DNA from: Paraspadella gotoi
Lineage: Eukaryota > Animalia > Chaetognatha
NCBI GenBank assembly: GCA_051294375.1
Contig: CM119268.1
Location: 20,663,266-20,727,265 of the forward strand
Reading direction: 5' to 3'
Length of the DNA stretch: 64,000 nt
A model generated the notes under the pieces. The model made no database searches and had not been told where the DNA came from. It saw only the letters and a program-made list of their open reading frames with translations. The position numbers and the translations under genes are program-made. This document shows, piece after piece, positions 12,728 through 25,689 of the stretch (its first letter is position 1; each line of letters starts with the position of its first letter).

Positions 12728-12784
<57 letters not shown>

Positions 12785-12884
12785 TTCTCTCTTGTCTTCA
12801 AAATAAAGAAGTCTTCGATCACATCGAATTCCATCTCTCACTGCGGCATGAGATTTCGGAAACGTGATCTTTCGATGGACGGAG

Positions 12885-12920
<36 letters not shown>

Positions 12921-13047
12921 AAGAAAAGAAAAGAAAGAATCTTCGATCACGTGATTCATCTGAAGGCAAATCATGTTGTATTAGCGGATTGGAGGTGAAA
13001 TTGGATCCTGACAGAGAAAAAAGAGAAAAAAGATGAGAGAGAGAGAG

Positions 13048-13103
<56 letters not shown>

Positions 13104-13130
13104 TGCTCTTCAACCCCCGAAATAAGAAAA

Positions 13131-14265
13131 AAACAAGTTTGAACAAACCATGTCGGATCTGCCTACAATAATTAAGCGTTAATTAGCTTATTAGATTACA
13201 TGATAATTCTTTCAATTTTTTATCCTAACTTATTATAACAGATCATACAATACCAAACCAAAGGCTGCGCCAATAGATGTGAATCGCTTGCAAGGGATTA
13301 AACTGAACTGCTATGATGGTACAAATGAAAATATTTTTTAACTAATATTATTTTTTAAACTTGCGTCATTTTTTTCACTTGCATCATTTTATAAACTTGC
13401 ATAATTTTTTAATCTCGCATCATTTTATTAACTTGCATCATTTTTTCACTCGCATAATTTTTTCAACTTGCATCATTTTTTCAAATTGCATAATTTTTTT
13501 AAAAATTAATTATTCAATCATTTAATTAATTAATTAATGAAAATATTTATGAGTAAGAATAAATAATAAAAATTCAAGTCAACTTGACTTTGGTTTTTTC
13601 CATGCAAACTCATTTCCACTCCTCGATTCCATCGAAACTTTATATTCTGCTCAATCATATACTTTCCTACCCATACCAAAAATTTTATCTCATTCTATCC
13701 ATCCAATTATTATTAATTCGAGTAATTATAGATTAAAATTAATAATTTTTTACATTTAAACTCATTTCCACTTGCACGATTCCATTGAAACTTTATATCC
13801 AGCTTCGTCACATAGTTTCCCACCCACACACAAAATCTCATCTCAATCTATCCATCCAATTATAATTAATTAGAGTAATTATGGGTTAAAACTGGTAAGA
13901 AGATTGTAGTAAATGTGACTTATGTTTTTTTCCATTTAAACCCATTTTCACTCGCATGATTCGATCGAAAATTCATATCCAGCTCAATCACACACTTTCC
14001 TACCCACCCACAAAATTTCATTCCAATCCATCCTTTCAATCACGAGTAATTGGAGTTTAATTAAAAGGTGGGATGGACCTTCAGACAGACAGACAGACAG
14101 ACAGACGGACAGATTGACGGACATCATTTTTTCTGCATAATTCATCATAATTCGATATTCTGATGTGATAAAAATGATTTACCGACAAGATTTAGGGGTG
14201 AGACCGACGGACCAACAAAGCGAATTATAGAGTCGGAATCTGCTGATAATCAGATCCGACTAAAA
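13131..14265 (+). mobile_element. DINE-1/HINE-like non-autonomous Helentron derivative, family 1
   Basis: AAACAAGTTTG start, subterminal GTCGGATCTG, central ~19-bp tandem repeats (13360-13500), (CAGA/CGGA)n microsatellite at 14082-14122, 3' stem-loop AGTCGGAATCTG..CAGATCCGACT, A/T-run flanks. Confidence 0.7.
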
Positions 14266-16178
14266 TTTTTACCCTTTACCTCTTTTTCTTTTCTTTACTT
14301 CTCTTCGTTTATCTCTTGCTCGACTGGGAGGAAACTTCTCTCTCACTCTCTCTCTCTCTCTCTCTCTCNNNNNNNNNNNNNNNNNNNNNNNNNNNNNNNN
14401 NNNNNNNNNNNNNNNNNNNNNNNNNNNNNNNNNNNNNNNNNNNNNNNNNNNNNNNNNNNNNNNNNNNNNNNNNNNNNNNNNNNNNNNNNNNNNNNNNNNN
14501 NNNNNNNNNNNNNNNNNNNNNNNNNNNNNNNNNNNNNNNNNNNNNNNNNNNNNNNNNNNNNNNNNNNNNNNNNNNNNNNNNNNNNNNNNNNNNNNNNNNN
14601 NNNNNNNNNNNNNNNNNNNNNNNNGTGAACGGGGTGAAAGGTGGTGAGGGAGAGAGGGGGGTGTTGAGAAAAGGGAAATGGACTTTAGCGATTCATTATT
14701 TGTCACTCGAATTCACTGGTGTCGATTTAAGATCTTTTTTATAAAAAGAAATTATGTATATATTTCATTTAATTCATTATCGATTTATATTTGTATAACT
14801 AAAATATTTAAAATGGATTATATTTTTAATGTCGCGACAAATTTACAATCGAGAAAAGAATTTCGCCGTCACTTTGATCAAATTACGATTGTCATTTCGA
14901 GTCCTCTCGCAAAATACGAGAGTATTAAACACATAATACCCATCTTTAAAGAATTGATTAAAATATCTGAATATTACGCGCATTATGCCTCATTGATCGA
15001 TCATTTTTTCGTCTCTTGAATAATAAAAAAACCTTCCTTCTATGCAAAATACAGTATAAACAAAAATGACTCAGTATTTTATAAAGTGTGTGACTACTAT
15101 TTTCCAATAAATCGTTTCCCTTGGGGTATGTAAGACTTTTTGTGAAACGTGGCTCATTTCTTAAAGTTGATACGATGCCCTGTGAAGTTCCACTGTGATA
15201 AGTCGTGCGTCTAAGTCACTGGTGATTCCCACGTCCGCGCGGTTGACGTCACATGGAATCGAAGAAAAGATGACCACTCAACGACCTTGCTCACACTGAG
15301 TCTCTCTTTCTCTCTCTCNNNNNNNNNNNNNNNNNNNNNNNNNNNNNNNNNNNNNNNNNNNNNNNNNNNNNNNNNNNNNNNNNNNNNNNNNNNNNNNNNN
15401 NNNNNNNNNNNNNNNNNNNNNNNNNNNNNNNNNNNNNNNNNNNNNNNNNNNNNNNNNNNNNNNNNNNNNNNNNNNNNNNNNNNNNNNNNNNNNNNNNNNN
15501 NNNNNNNNNNNNNNNNNNNNNNNNNNNNNNNNNNNNNNNNNNNNNNNNNNNNNNNNNNNNNNNNNNNNNNNNNNNNNNNNNNNNNNNNNAGAATAAATCT
15601 TAGCCACCACCGCCGAGCATAAACCCATTTGTTTTTTTGCGGCCATCATTTTCATTTTTTCACTTCATTGTTCCGGAGGGAGTTGTTCCCTTTTTTTTCC
15701 TTTTCTTTCATTTCTTGGTTTTTTTTTACTTTAGAAGAAGATGAAGAAAGGGTTGTTCGATTTCTCGTCAGCATGAAAATATTTTTAATGTGAAAAAGTG
15801 AATTTCAAGTTGACATCAAACGCGACATAAAAAGAAAAAAAAAATGAAATGACCTGACATAAACGAAAGTTCGAATTAGGAGACAAAGAGTAGATTGAAA
15901 TGTGAATGACTTTACTCAATACTCCGCTCTCTATTTCACGCTTTCCTCGCTTTCTACATATTTCACTCTCCGATTTTATCTTCTTCTCGCTCTTTCTTCA
16001 TCCTCTCCACGCTCTACCGTCTCGCTCTCTATCCCGCTCGCGTTTCTCTCCGTTTGCTTTCTTCAGGGAATTCGTCTTTCCCTCAAAATCTCCAGGGGAG
16101 ATCTGCCTCGAAAGTCTTTATTTCTTTATTTCATTTCCAATGATTTTCGTCCGATCCTCAGTTTGGGAAGGAAGACAA

Positions 16179-16241
<63 letters not shown>

Positions 16242-17079
16242 GTGCGAAGACAGATAAATAGAGGAGTGCTAGAGAGACTCCTTTTCAATTTTCAAACCGT
16301 TCGAAAATAATAATTTTTAAAAAGAAATTTCATAAACAACGAACAAATTTTCCGAGTTTCGGTCTCAAGAAAAAAAAATGAGTCAAGGACCGAGTGAACG
16401 CGACGCGAAAGCATCACTTGTATTTTTTCCTTTTTTCTCTTTAGTGAAAAAAAGAAAAACATTTTTGTGGCAAATGGAGAAAACATTTTTGTTTTTGTTT
16501 TTCAGTTTTTCAGTCTGAGAGATAGANNNNNNNNNNNNNNNNNNNNNNNNNNNNNNNNNNNNNNNNNNNNNNNNNNNNNNNNNNNNNNNNNNNNNNNNNN
16601 NNNNNNNNNNNNNNNNNNNNNNNNNNNNNNNNNNNNNNNNNNNNNNNNNNNNNNNNNNNNNNNNNNNNNNNNNNNNNNNNNNNNNNNNNNNNNNNNNNNN
16701 NNNNNNNNNNNNNNNNNNNNNNNNNNNNNNNNNNNNNNNNNNNNNNNNNNNNNNNNNNNNNNNNNNNNNNNNNNNNNNNNNNNNNNNNNNNNNNNNNNNN
16801 NNNNNNNNNNNNNNNNNNNNNNNNNNNNNNNNNNNNNNNNNNNNNNNNNNNNNNNNNNNNNNNNNNNNNNNNNNNNNNNNNNNNNNNNNNNNNNNNNNNN
16901 NNNNNNNNNNNNNNNNNNNNNNNNNNNNNNNNNNNCGACGACGACGACGACGACGACAACGTGTTACGAAAACAAAGAGGACGACCACCTGTGTTTGTAA
17001 TGTATTCTAATTTTAGTGAGACATTTCAAGGTCGCTTCAATTTTAAAGAGGATAGTCAACTTTTTTTTAGAAAAACGTT

Positions 17080-17275
17080 GTCATCATCATCATCATCAAC
17101 ATCATCATCATCAACATCATTATCATCATCCTCAATTTCATCATCATCATCATAATCATCAACATCATTATCATCATCATCATCATTATCATCATCATCA
17201 TCATCGTCGTCGTATTCATCGTCATCCTCTTAGTTGTCGTCGTCGTCCTAATGGTCGTCGTCGTCGTCGTCGCCA
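17080..17275. repeat. (CAT)n/(CGT)n trinucleotide tract
   Basis: Read directly. It accounts for the poly-His, poly-Ser and poly-Met ORFs. Confidence 0.9.
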
Positions 17276-17299
17276 TGGCATTTCTTGGAAATCGCGGTT

Positions 17300-17341
17300 T
17301 CACTCGATCCAGAGGTTCTGTTTGGAACCGATGGATTTCGT
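17300..17341 (-). CDS. Candidate short terminal exon (TKSIGSKQNLWIE*)
   Basis: Long C-rich tract ending cccccccctcaaag|. Phase 0 is compatible with candidate exon 19568-19658, but another frame is also open. Confidence 0.25.
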   Translation of the reverse strand, partial: TKSIGSKQNLWIE

Positions 17342-17409
17342 CTTTGAGGGGGGGGGACAAAGGAGATGTGTGGACGGGAGGGTGGAAGTGATGGGGTGAG
17401 AATGGATGA

Positions 17410-17912
17410 TGGAGAGAATGGAAGGCAGAGTTAAGGAGAGGTTGATGGAGAAACAGGAAGGCAGAGTTAAAGAGAGGTTGATGGAGAAAAGGAAGGCAGA
17501 GTTAAAGAGAGGTTGAATTGAGAGAAGGAAGGCAGAGTTAAGAGAGGTTGATGGAGAAAGGAAGGCAGAGTTAAAGAAAGAGGTTGATTGAGAGAAGGAA
17601 GGCAGAGTTAAAGAGAGGTTGATGGAGAAAGGAAGCAGAGTTAAGAAGAGGTTGATGGAGAAAAGGAAGGCAGATTAAAAAGAGAGGTTGATGAGAAGAA
17701 GGAAGCAGAGTTAAAGACGAGTGTTGATGGAGAAAGACAGGGAAAGGCAGAGTTACAAGAGAGGTTATGATGAAGAAAAGGAAGGCAGAGTTAAAGAGAG
17801 GTTGATGGAGAAAAGGAAGGCAGAGTTTAGAGAGGTTGATGAGATAAAAGGAAGGCATGAGTAAAGAGAGGTTGATGGAGAAAAGGAAGGCAAGAGTTAA
17901 AAAGAGGTTGAA
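17410..17912. repeat. ~34-35-bp purine-rich minisatellite, ~14 copies
   Basis: GGAAGGCAGAGTTAAAGAGAGGTTGATGGAGAAAA in tandem with scattered indels. Confidence 0.9.
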
Positions 17913-17966
17913 GTATAAAAGAGTGGAAAAAGAAAAGAAAAAGAAGAATTTTTATATTGAGATTCA

Positions 17967-18172
17967 GATGATGATGATGATGATGATGACGATGATGATT
18001 TTGAAGATGATGATGACGATAATGATGAATACGGTGATGATGCTGATGATAATGACGATTATGCTGATGAAGATGATGATGATGATGATAATGATGATTA
18101 CGATGATGACGCTGATGATAATGACAATGATTATGATGATGATGATGATGAAGATGATTATGATGATGATCT
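17967..18172. repeat. (GAT)n trinucleotide tract
   Basis: Read directly. Confidence 0.9.
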
Positions 18173-18211
18173 TGGTGGTCAACGTTTGTAAACAAGAAAT
18201 TACTTTAAATC

Positions 18212-19195
18212 TTTTTAGTCGGACTCTATAATTCACTTTGTCGGTTAGTCGGTCCGCCCCCTCAATATTGTCGGGCACTGACTTATATCATGTCAGAACA
18301 TCGAATTATGATAAATTATGCAAAAAAAATAATGTCAGTCCGTCCGTCCGTCTGTCCGTTGGTCCCACCTTAGCAAAAAACACCATTTCCTCGTGATTTG
18401 ATGGATGGATTGGAATGAAATTTTGTGTGTGAGAAGGGAAGTTTATAATTGAAATGGATATGAAGTTTCGATGGAATCGTTCTAGTGGAAATGAGTTAAA
18501 ATGGAAAAAACAAGAAAATATATTTCATTATTTGAAAACTAATTACTCATGAGTGGATGGGGCGATTGACTAGCAATTTTGTATGTGGGTAGGAAAGTTT
18601 GTGGTTAAGCTGGAAATCAAGTTTCGATTGAATCGTCTTAGTGGAAATGAGTTTAAATGGAAAAAACAAAAAACCTGTTTCACTAATTGATTATTAAATA
18701 TTAAATATAAATGCAAGATGAATTAATTAATCAAATAATTAATCACTTAATTAATCAATTAGTCAACTAATTAATCAATAATTAATTAATCATTCAATTT
18801 ATTATTCAGTTAATAAATTCATTTATCTATTAATTAATTATTCAATCAATTCATTTATCTATTAATTAATTATTCAATCAATTTTTTTATCATTAATTAA
18901 TTATTCAATCAATAAATTTATTTATCAATTAATTAATTATTCAATCAGTCAATCAATCAAATAAGTCAATCGTTATCGGCATTGTTGTCGTCGTCGTCGC
19001 CATCATCGTCGTCGTTGCTTTTGTCGTGGTCACTGACGAAAACACCTAGAAACAAACATTTTGGATCAAATTAATTAATTAATCGCCTAATTGATAATCA
19101 ACTTGAATTAATTAATAAATTAATTAATTAATAAATTAATTAATTCCCGCTAATGATTGTGGGCAGGTCCGATATTGTTTGCTCAAACTTGTTTT
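18212..19195 (-). mobile_element. DINE-1/HINE-like element, family 1 (3' hairpin partly deleted)
   Basis: TTTTAGTCGGACTCTATAATTCACTTTGTCGG...(GTCC)n...GCAGGTCCGATATTGTTTGCTCAAACTTGTTT, the reverse complement of the 13.1-kb element ends. Confidence 0.7.
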
Positions 19196-19567
19196 ACTTG
19201 AAAACTCAAGAAAACGGCTAAATTTGACACAAACTCTGTCAGAGAGTTGGACATTGAAAACACAGGAAAACAAAACATAACCGCCAAACAAAACAAAAGC
19301 TTAATTCATTTTTTCGAGCAATATATAAAATTTCGGTTTTAAAAAAAATTGAAAAACGATCAAAAATAAAACCATCTCTAGAAACTGGCCGCTTTTGTCT
19401 TTCGATCGATACCCATTACATAATATGACCAGAAAATTCTCCAGCAACTGTCCATTTTTACCATTTTTCCAACACATGTATAGTAACAAGATTTAGAATT
19501 TTTTTTAAAGGAAAAGAAAAAGAAAAGGAAAATGAAAAGGAAAGGAAAAGGAAAAGGAAAACCAGAC

Positions 19568-19658
19568 TTGACGCCCTTCAGTTATCCTGACTGTGATCCT
19601 CTTGTCTATTAGGAATGAGAGGTGGTCAAGACAGAAGTCAAACGCGCTTTCTTCATAA
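19568..19658 (-). CDS. Candidate internal exon (YEESAFDFCLDHLSFLIDKRITVRITEGRQ)
   Basis: ctaaacag acceptor and a 30-codon open frame of ordinary complexity between repeats. Donor is weak and no family is recognised. Confidence 0.3.
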
Positions 19659-19699
19659 CTGTTTAGTTCATGAAATTAGGGATGTTGTTAGGAATCAGA

Positions 19700-19968
19700 G
19701 ATTTGAGTGGGCGTGGTTTGCAAAAGGTTTTTTGAAGTGCATGGTCGATAAAAGCTTTTTGAGTGCCGTGGTTTCCAAAATAAACTTTTTGAGTGGGCGT
19801 GTCAACAAAGAGCTTTCTTGATTGGCCGTGTTGAAAAAACTTTTGAGTGGCGTGGTTGAAAAAATTTTTGAGTCGGGCCCGTGGTTTCGAAAAAGCTTTT
19901 TGAGTGGGCGTGGTCAAAAAGGTTTTTGAGTGGGCATGGTTGAAAAAGCTTTTTGAGTGGGCGCGGTC
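19700..19968. repeat. ~27-bp minisatellite, ~9 copies (TTTTTGAGTGGGCGTGGTTGAAAAAGC)
   Basis: Degenerate tandem copies read directly. Confidence 0.85.
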
Positions 19969-21859
19969 GCATAAGCTTGCGCCGCCTTTCGTGGATACTT
20001 GCAGGATTGTTTGAATGGACTGTATTGTCTAGACAATTTTTTTACATTTATGCCAATTTTTATTACTTTACATTTTTATTTACCCATTTTAAATATTTTT
20101 TAAATATTTTCCGAAAAGTCCTGGACCTCCCCGTACCAAATTTGAAGCTAAAAATCGGAGTCAAAGTCTGAATGTTGAAAAAAAAAGAACAAAATTTAAA
20201 AAAAGTTTTTAAAAGTCGAAGCAGCGACCTTAAAGAAAGAAAAAAGTCGCTTCTGAGACGAAAACAGAAGAAACGGCCAAAGGAGAACAAAAATGGTACA
20301 AGGAACTTGAAAAAGAATCCAGTTAAGACGTCGCAGAACAGAGAGAGAGATTGAGAGAGAAGAAGAGAGAGAGAGATGCCCTTGTCACCGGGCGTGGACG
20401 AAAGGGCCATGCCCGTAGGAGACTCTCTTTGTATCTCTCTGTCTCTGTCTTCCCAGCTCTCTCATCACCACCCTCCCCCCTCTTTCGGCGCANNNNNNNN
20501 NNNNNNNNNNNNNNNNNNNNNNNNCTCTCTCTCTCACACACACATTGTTTGTTTGACTCACCTTTTTTGTTCGGGGTGAAAGTCGTATTCTGGGATCAAG
20601 AATTGAAGCCAGAATTTGTTGAGAAAATCACGTGATCTTTCGTGAATTGGTTGAGACAATCACGTGATATTTCTTCTTTTTTCCTTTGAATTCAAACCCC
20701 GTGTCCGCGAGTGACCCGAAAAAATATTTACTATACTTTAACTATTTATTAAATATAATTCATAAGTATATCATTAGTTAGAGAATTACTGGAAGTTTTT
20801 TATGTATATATTTTATAATAAAATTGGCGAAAAAAGACCATTTTAGGTGTGTTCTTGATTTAATTTAAAAAAAGTTTACATCATAAGATATCTCTATTAA
20901 TGGTCTTTTCAATGGCGTATCTGAATTGTAATGTTGAGTAATTTCTGAGTAATGATTTTTTAATTGTAAATCTTAAGGTTTCTTGATACAATACGTCCAA
21001 TTAGAAAAAAATGCTGTCCTGAGCATGTTCTTGACTGTTTTCAATAATTATTTTATATCATAAGGAGTCCCAGATAATTTTTAATCTTATGGTATCAACA
21101 CATTTTAATAATTTTAAGTAATTAATGAGTAATTAATTTATAATGATTTTCTTTTTTTTAAAGATTCAGTTTTTTACTGAAGATGAAATTGGATGACCAT
21201 TAAAGAAAGGTTGTTTTCCATAAGTAAATATAAAATAAATCTCATGAAATTAAAATAAAATAAACGTCCAGTACCTTGCTAAAGAATGAGGAAATGGATT
21301 TTTTGGTGTCACTCGCGAACGGAGACGNNNNNNNNNNNNNNNNNNNNNNNNNNNNNNNNNNNNNNNNNNNNNNNNNNNNNNNNNNNNNNNNNNNNNNNNN
21401 NNNNNNNNNNNNNNNNNNNNNNNNNNNNNNNNNNNNNNNNNNNNNNNNNNNNNNNNNNNNNNNNNNNNNNNNNNNNNNNNNNNNNNNNNNNNNNNNNNNN
21501 NNNNNNNNNNNNNNNNNNNNNNNNNNNNNNNNNNNNNNNNNNNAAAAAAAAAAGAAAAACAAAGGAAATAAAATAAGGAAAAAAAGGAAAACGGGGAATG
21601 AAAATAAAATCTTCGAAAAAAATGAGGAAAAAAAAGGGAAAGAAAAAGGAAAAAAGAAAAAAAGAAAAAAAAAAGAAACGAGGTGACGAATGAAGCGAAA
21701 ACAATCGACGAGAAAGGCCGAAGAAAAGAAAGGGTTAGGAACTCAGATATCTCTAGGAGGTAGAGGAGGAGGAAATAGAAAAGGAGGAAAGAAAATTGGA
21801 GGAAAGAGAAAGGGAGGAAAAAAGGGAGGAAATAGAAAGATAGGAAAGGGAAAAGAAAA

Positions 21860-22275
21860 AAAGGGAAAGGGAGGAGAGAAAAATGGAGGAAAGGGAGGAA
21901 AGATAAATGGAAAAAAGAGAAAGGGAGGAGAGAAAAAGGGAGGAAAGGGAGGAAAGAGAAATGGAAAAAAGAGAAAGGGAGGAGAGAAAAAGGGAGGAAA
22001 GGGAGGAAAGAGAAATGGAAAAAAGAGAAAGGGAGGAGAGAAAAAGGGAGGAAAGGGAGGAAAGAGAAATGGAAAAAAGAGAAAGGGAGGAGAGAAAAAG
22101 GGAGGAAAGGGAGGAAAGAGAAATGGAAAAAAGAGAAAAGGAGGAGAGAAAAAGGGAGGAAAGGGAGGAAAGAGAAATGGAAAAAAGAGAAAGGGAGGAG
22201 AAAAAAAAGGAGGAAAGGGAGGAAAGAGAAACGGAAAAAAGAGAAAGGGAGGAGAGAAAAAAGGAGGAAAGAGAA
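21860..22275. repeat. 54-bp near-homopurine minisatellite, ~7 copies
   Basis: AAATGGAAAAAAGAGAAAGGGAGGAGAGAAAAAGGGAGGAAAGGGAGGAAAGAG in tandem. It generates the repetitive K/G and E/R ORFs. Confidence 0.9.
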
Positions 22276-22559
22276 AAGAAAAAGTTGGAAGATATTACTA
22301 GATATATAAACAGAGGGAATAGTATCATTGCGAAATAAAAAAAATAAATATCCTGAAAGCTAAAAATAGCAAAATAATGAAGAGACAGATTCAGCGGAAA
22401 ATTCATTCAGGTGTTTGAGGCACCACTATAAATAAAAAAAAATATTAAAGAGTAAATGATCAAAAATAAAACCAATTAAAAATAGAGATTAAATTAAAAT
22501 TAAGACTAAAAACGAAAAAAAACCGGGAAAACAAAAAAGAAGAGAGGTGTGGGATATGA

Positions 22560-22772
22560 CGGGCAATTGACGTTGAATTGGCGCGAAACCAGGCGAATCG
22601 TCGAGCGCGTAGCGGCGCCGACGTCAAGGGCGCCTCACTGCGCCTTCACCGTGACGTCAAAGTGACGTCAAAGTGTCGGCAACTCGACGAGGAGAAGTTT
22701 AGGGTCGTTCCCTAGTCGTGGAGCGGTTGGCTCCGTTACGTCCTGATCTAAATTAAGGCGCGAGTCCTGCGT

Positions 22773-22775
<3 letters not shown>
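22560..22775. promoter_or_regulatory. CpG-rich island with clustered CRE (TGACGTCA) sites; candidate promoter or enhancer
   Basis: Perfect TGACGTCA at 22652-22659 and 22663-22670, plus GACGTCA at 22620 and TGACGT at 22568, in a GC-rich patch within AT-rich DNA. Confidence 0.4.
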
Positions 22776-22825
<50 letters not shown>

Positions 22826-22946
22826 GTTTCACTTGACGTCGATTTGAATTTGCAAATTCATTTTGACTTTTTGTTCTCTGTTTTAACTTATCTCCTCCTG
22901 AGCCTCATTCTCGATTCTCACTTACCCTTAATATTTGACTCATTCG

Positions 22947-23330
22947 TCTCTCTTTCAATAATCTATGTTTCCTCTCTTTACTCTCTTTCAATAATCTATG
23001 TTCCCTCTCTTAACTCTGCTCTCTTTCAATAATCTATGTTCCCTCTCTTAACTCTACTCTCTTTCAATAATCTATGTTCCCTCTCTTAACTCTACTCTCT
23101 TTCAATAATCTATGTTTCCTCTCTTAACTCTACTCTCTTTCAATAATCTATGTTTCCTCTCTTAACTCAACTCTCTCTCAATAATCTATGTTTTTTCTCT
23201 TAACTCTACTCTCTTTCAATAATCTATGTTTCCTCTCTTAACTCTACTCTCTTTCAATAATCTATGTTTCCTCTCTTAACTCTACTCTCTTTCAATAATC
23301 TATGTTTCCTCTCTTAACTCTACTCTCTTT
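22947..23330. repeat. 38-bp minisatellite, ~10 copies
   Basis: TCTACTCTCTTTCAATAATCTATGTTTCCTCTCTTAAC in tandem. Confidence 0.95.
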
Positions 23331-23672
23331 ATCTTACTTTTCTCTTCTTTTTATTTTTTCTTCTTTCTCCCTACAACGGATACGCCCAGATATTCTCCCT
23401 CTTTCTCTCAATCTCTCTCTCTTTTTCTTGCTTATTCTTATCTCGTTCGTTGCAGGAAATTTTTACAATATTTGACAGGTTTTCTTCTATTTTTATTCCT
23501 CTATTCCTATATTCTTCGCCTTTTTTGTAATATTTGTGTTTTTTTTTCTTCAGTCGGTAACCTGGTTACCGAGCGGCTGGGGGAAAAAAGAAAAAAATTT
23601 GAGAAATACGAACTCGCAAAAGTAGGAAATAAAATTTTATTTGCACGCGAAAAAAATCAGAATGAAAAAAAG

Positions 23673-23804
<132 letters not shown>

Positions 23805-23819
23805 GACGGACAACAATGA

Positions 23820-24100
23820 AAACTACCTCAAGAGAAGGAAAGATGTGAGAAAAAAGATATAAGGGAGTAGTCTTTTCATACAATTGAAACATTCTTTAAA
23901 ACATTATACCACTTCATTGATAGGGAAGCCAGGTACTCTGGGAGTGAATAAAGGAGACTGTGAGAGAGTCTTGATTGAAAGCTTGCAGGGACCTGCTATA
24001 TCATTATCTTGTAAGAGTGATGGAGGCCTTAAACCACCAAAGCCTGTCCAAAGTTAAATGAATGGATAATTTTTTATATTGGTTGTACCAATTTCATAAG
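23820..24100 (+). mobile_element. Decayed retroelement fragment, probably the C-terminus of a Penelope-like GIY-YIG endonuclease
   Basis: Frameshifted peptide traces KHSLKH..HFIDREAR..RRL*ESL..SDGGL (RDVGLNL in the 7.9-kb copy) resemble the H..IDW..a.il..R.i.Es...NRD.G pattern of Penelope endonucleases. Four partial copies in the window. Confidence 0.4.
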
Positions 24101-24181
24101 ATAAGGAGAAAAAGAGTTTAGAAACTGGAAGGATAAAAAAGGGAAAAAAAGAAAGAACGAAATATAAAAGAAAGAAAAAGA

Positions 24182-24707
24182 GACAGAGAGATCTTCTCCC
24201 GGGTCTAATGACATCCATTTNNNNNNNNNNNNNNNNNNNNNNNNNNNNNNNNNNNNNNNNNNNNNNNNNNNNNNNNNNNNNNNNNNNNNNNNNNNNNNNN
24301 NNNNNNNNNNNNNNNNNNNNNNNNNNNNNNNNNNNNNNNNNNNNNNNNNNNNNNNNNNNNNNNNNNNNNNNNNNNNNNNNNNNNNNNNNNNNNNNNNNNN
24401 NNNNNNNNNNNNNNNNNNNNNNNNNNNNNNNNNNNNNNNNNNNNNNNNNNNNNNNNNNNNNNNNNNNNNNNNNNNNNNNNNNNNNNNNNNNNNNNNNNNN
24501 NNNNNNNNNNNNNNNNNNNNNNNNNNNNNNNNNNNNNNNNNNNNNNNNNNNNNNNNNNNNNNNNNNNNNNNNNNNNNNNNNNNNNNNNNNNNNNNNNNNN
24601 NCTAATGACATCCATTTTAAGACAGAGAGATCTTCTCCCGGGTCTAATGACATCCATTTAAAGACAGAGAGATCTTCTCGCGGGGCTAATGACATCCATT
24701 TTAAGAC
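24182..24707. repeat. 42-bp minisatellite interrupted by an N gap
   Basis: GACAGAGAGATCTTCTCCCGGGTCTAATGACATCCATTTTAA on both sides of the gap. Confidence 0.9.
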
Positions 24708-24758
24708 TTGAAACAATTTTTTTTATTTCTTTTTCTAAAAACCTTTTTGGGTCTGAAA

Positions 24759-25455
24759 TTTTTAGTCGGATCTGCTAATCAGCAAATCCCGACTCTATAA
24801 TTCACTTTGTCGGTCCCTCGGTCCGCCCCCTCAATATTGTTTGGCATTTATTTATGTATGTCATGTCAGAACATCCAATTATGTCTGTCCGTCCGTCCAT
24901 CTGTCCTTCCGTCCTACCTTAGCATAGAACTCCAATTACTCATGATTGGATGGGTAGGGAAGTGTGTGATTGAGCTGGATATGAAGTTTCGATGGAATCT
25001 TCCGAGTGGAAATGAGTTTTAATAGAAAAAACAAAAAAAATGTTTTACTAATTGATTATTTTTCTTTTTCTTTTGATATTAAATGTAAATACAAGATGTA
25101 TTAATTAATCAAATAATTAATCAGTTAATCAATTAGTCATTTAATTAATCAATAGTTAATTAATCAGTCACTTAATCAATCAAATAATTATTCAATAAAT
25201 TAATTATCTATCTATTATTTATCTATTAGTTAATTATTTAATCAATAAATTTATTTATCAATTAATTAATTATTTCATCAATCAATCAATCAAGTTTATC
25301 GTTATCGGAATTATTGTCGTCCTCACCATCATTGTCGTCGTTGCTTTTGTCAAAAAAACCTAAAAACAAATATTTCGGATCAAATTAATTAATTTATTAA
25401 TTAATTACCGCTAATGATCGTGGGCAGATCCGACATTGTTTGCTCAAACTTGTTT
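24759..25455 (-). mobile_element. DINE-1/HINE-like element, family 1
   Basis: TTTTAGTCGGATCTGCTAATCAGCAAATCCCGACTCTATAA...(GTCC)n...GCAGATCCGACATTGTTTGCTCAAACTTGTTT. Collinear with 18212-19195. Confidence 0.75.
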
Positions 25456-25689
25456 CTTTCAGATTTACTTTCTGGGCCCTGACAATTCTCCAGAGAGCTA
25501 TTTAGTATTTACACAACCAACTATATTTTTTGCTGTAAATTTAAATTTTGTAACTTTTAATTCATTAATAATTTTGACAAATAGTTTTACAGATCATTGT
25601 TTTTGAAATACTTTTTCATTCTTCAAAACTGTTCCTTCCACAAATGATTTTGTATTCTGTCCGCATAACAAACTTTGAACATTTCATCT

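Noticed and set aside
17016-18278. Poly-His, poly-Met and poly-Ile ORFs
   Set aside because: Translations of (CAT)n/(GAT)n microsatellites.
21690-22406. K/G-rich, E/R-rich and S/L-rich repetitive ORFs
   Set aside because: A 54-bp purine minisatellite open in several frames on both strands, with no splice or start evidence.
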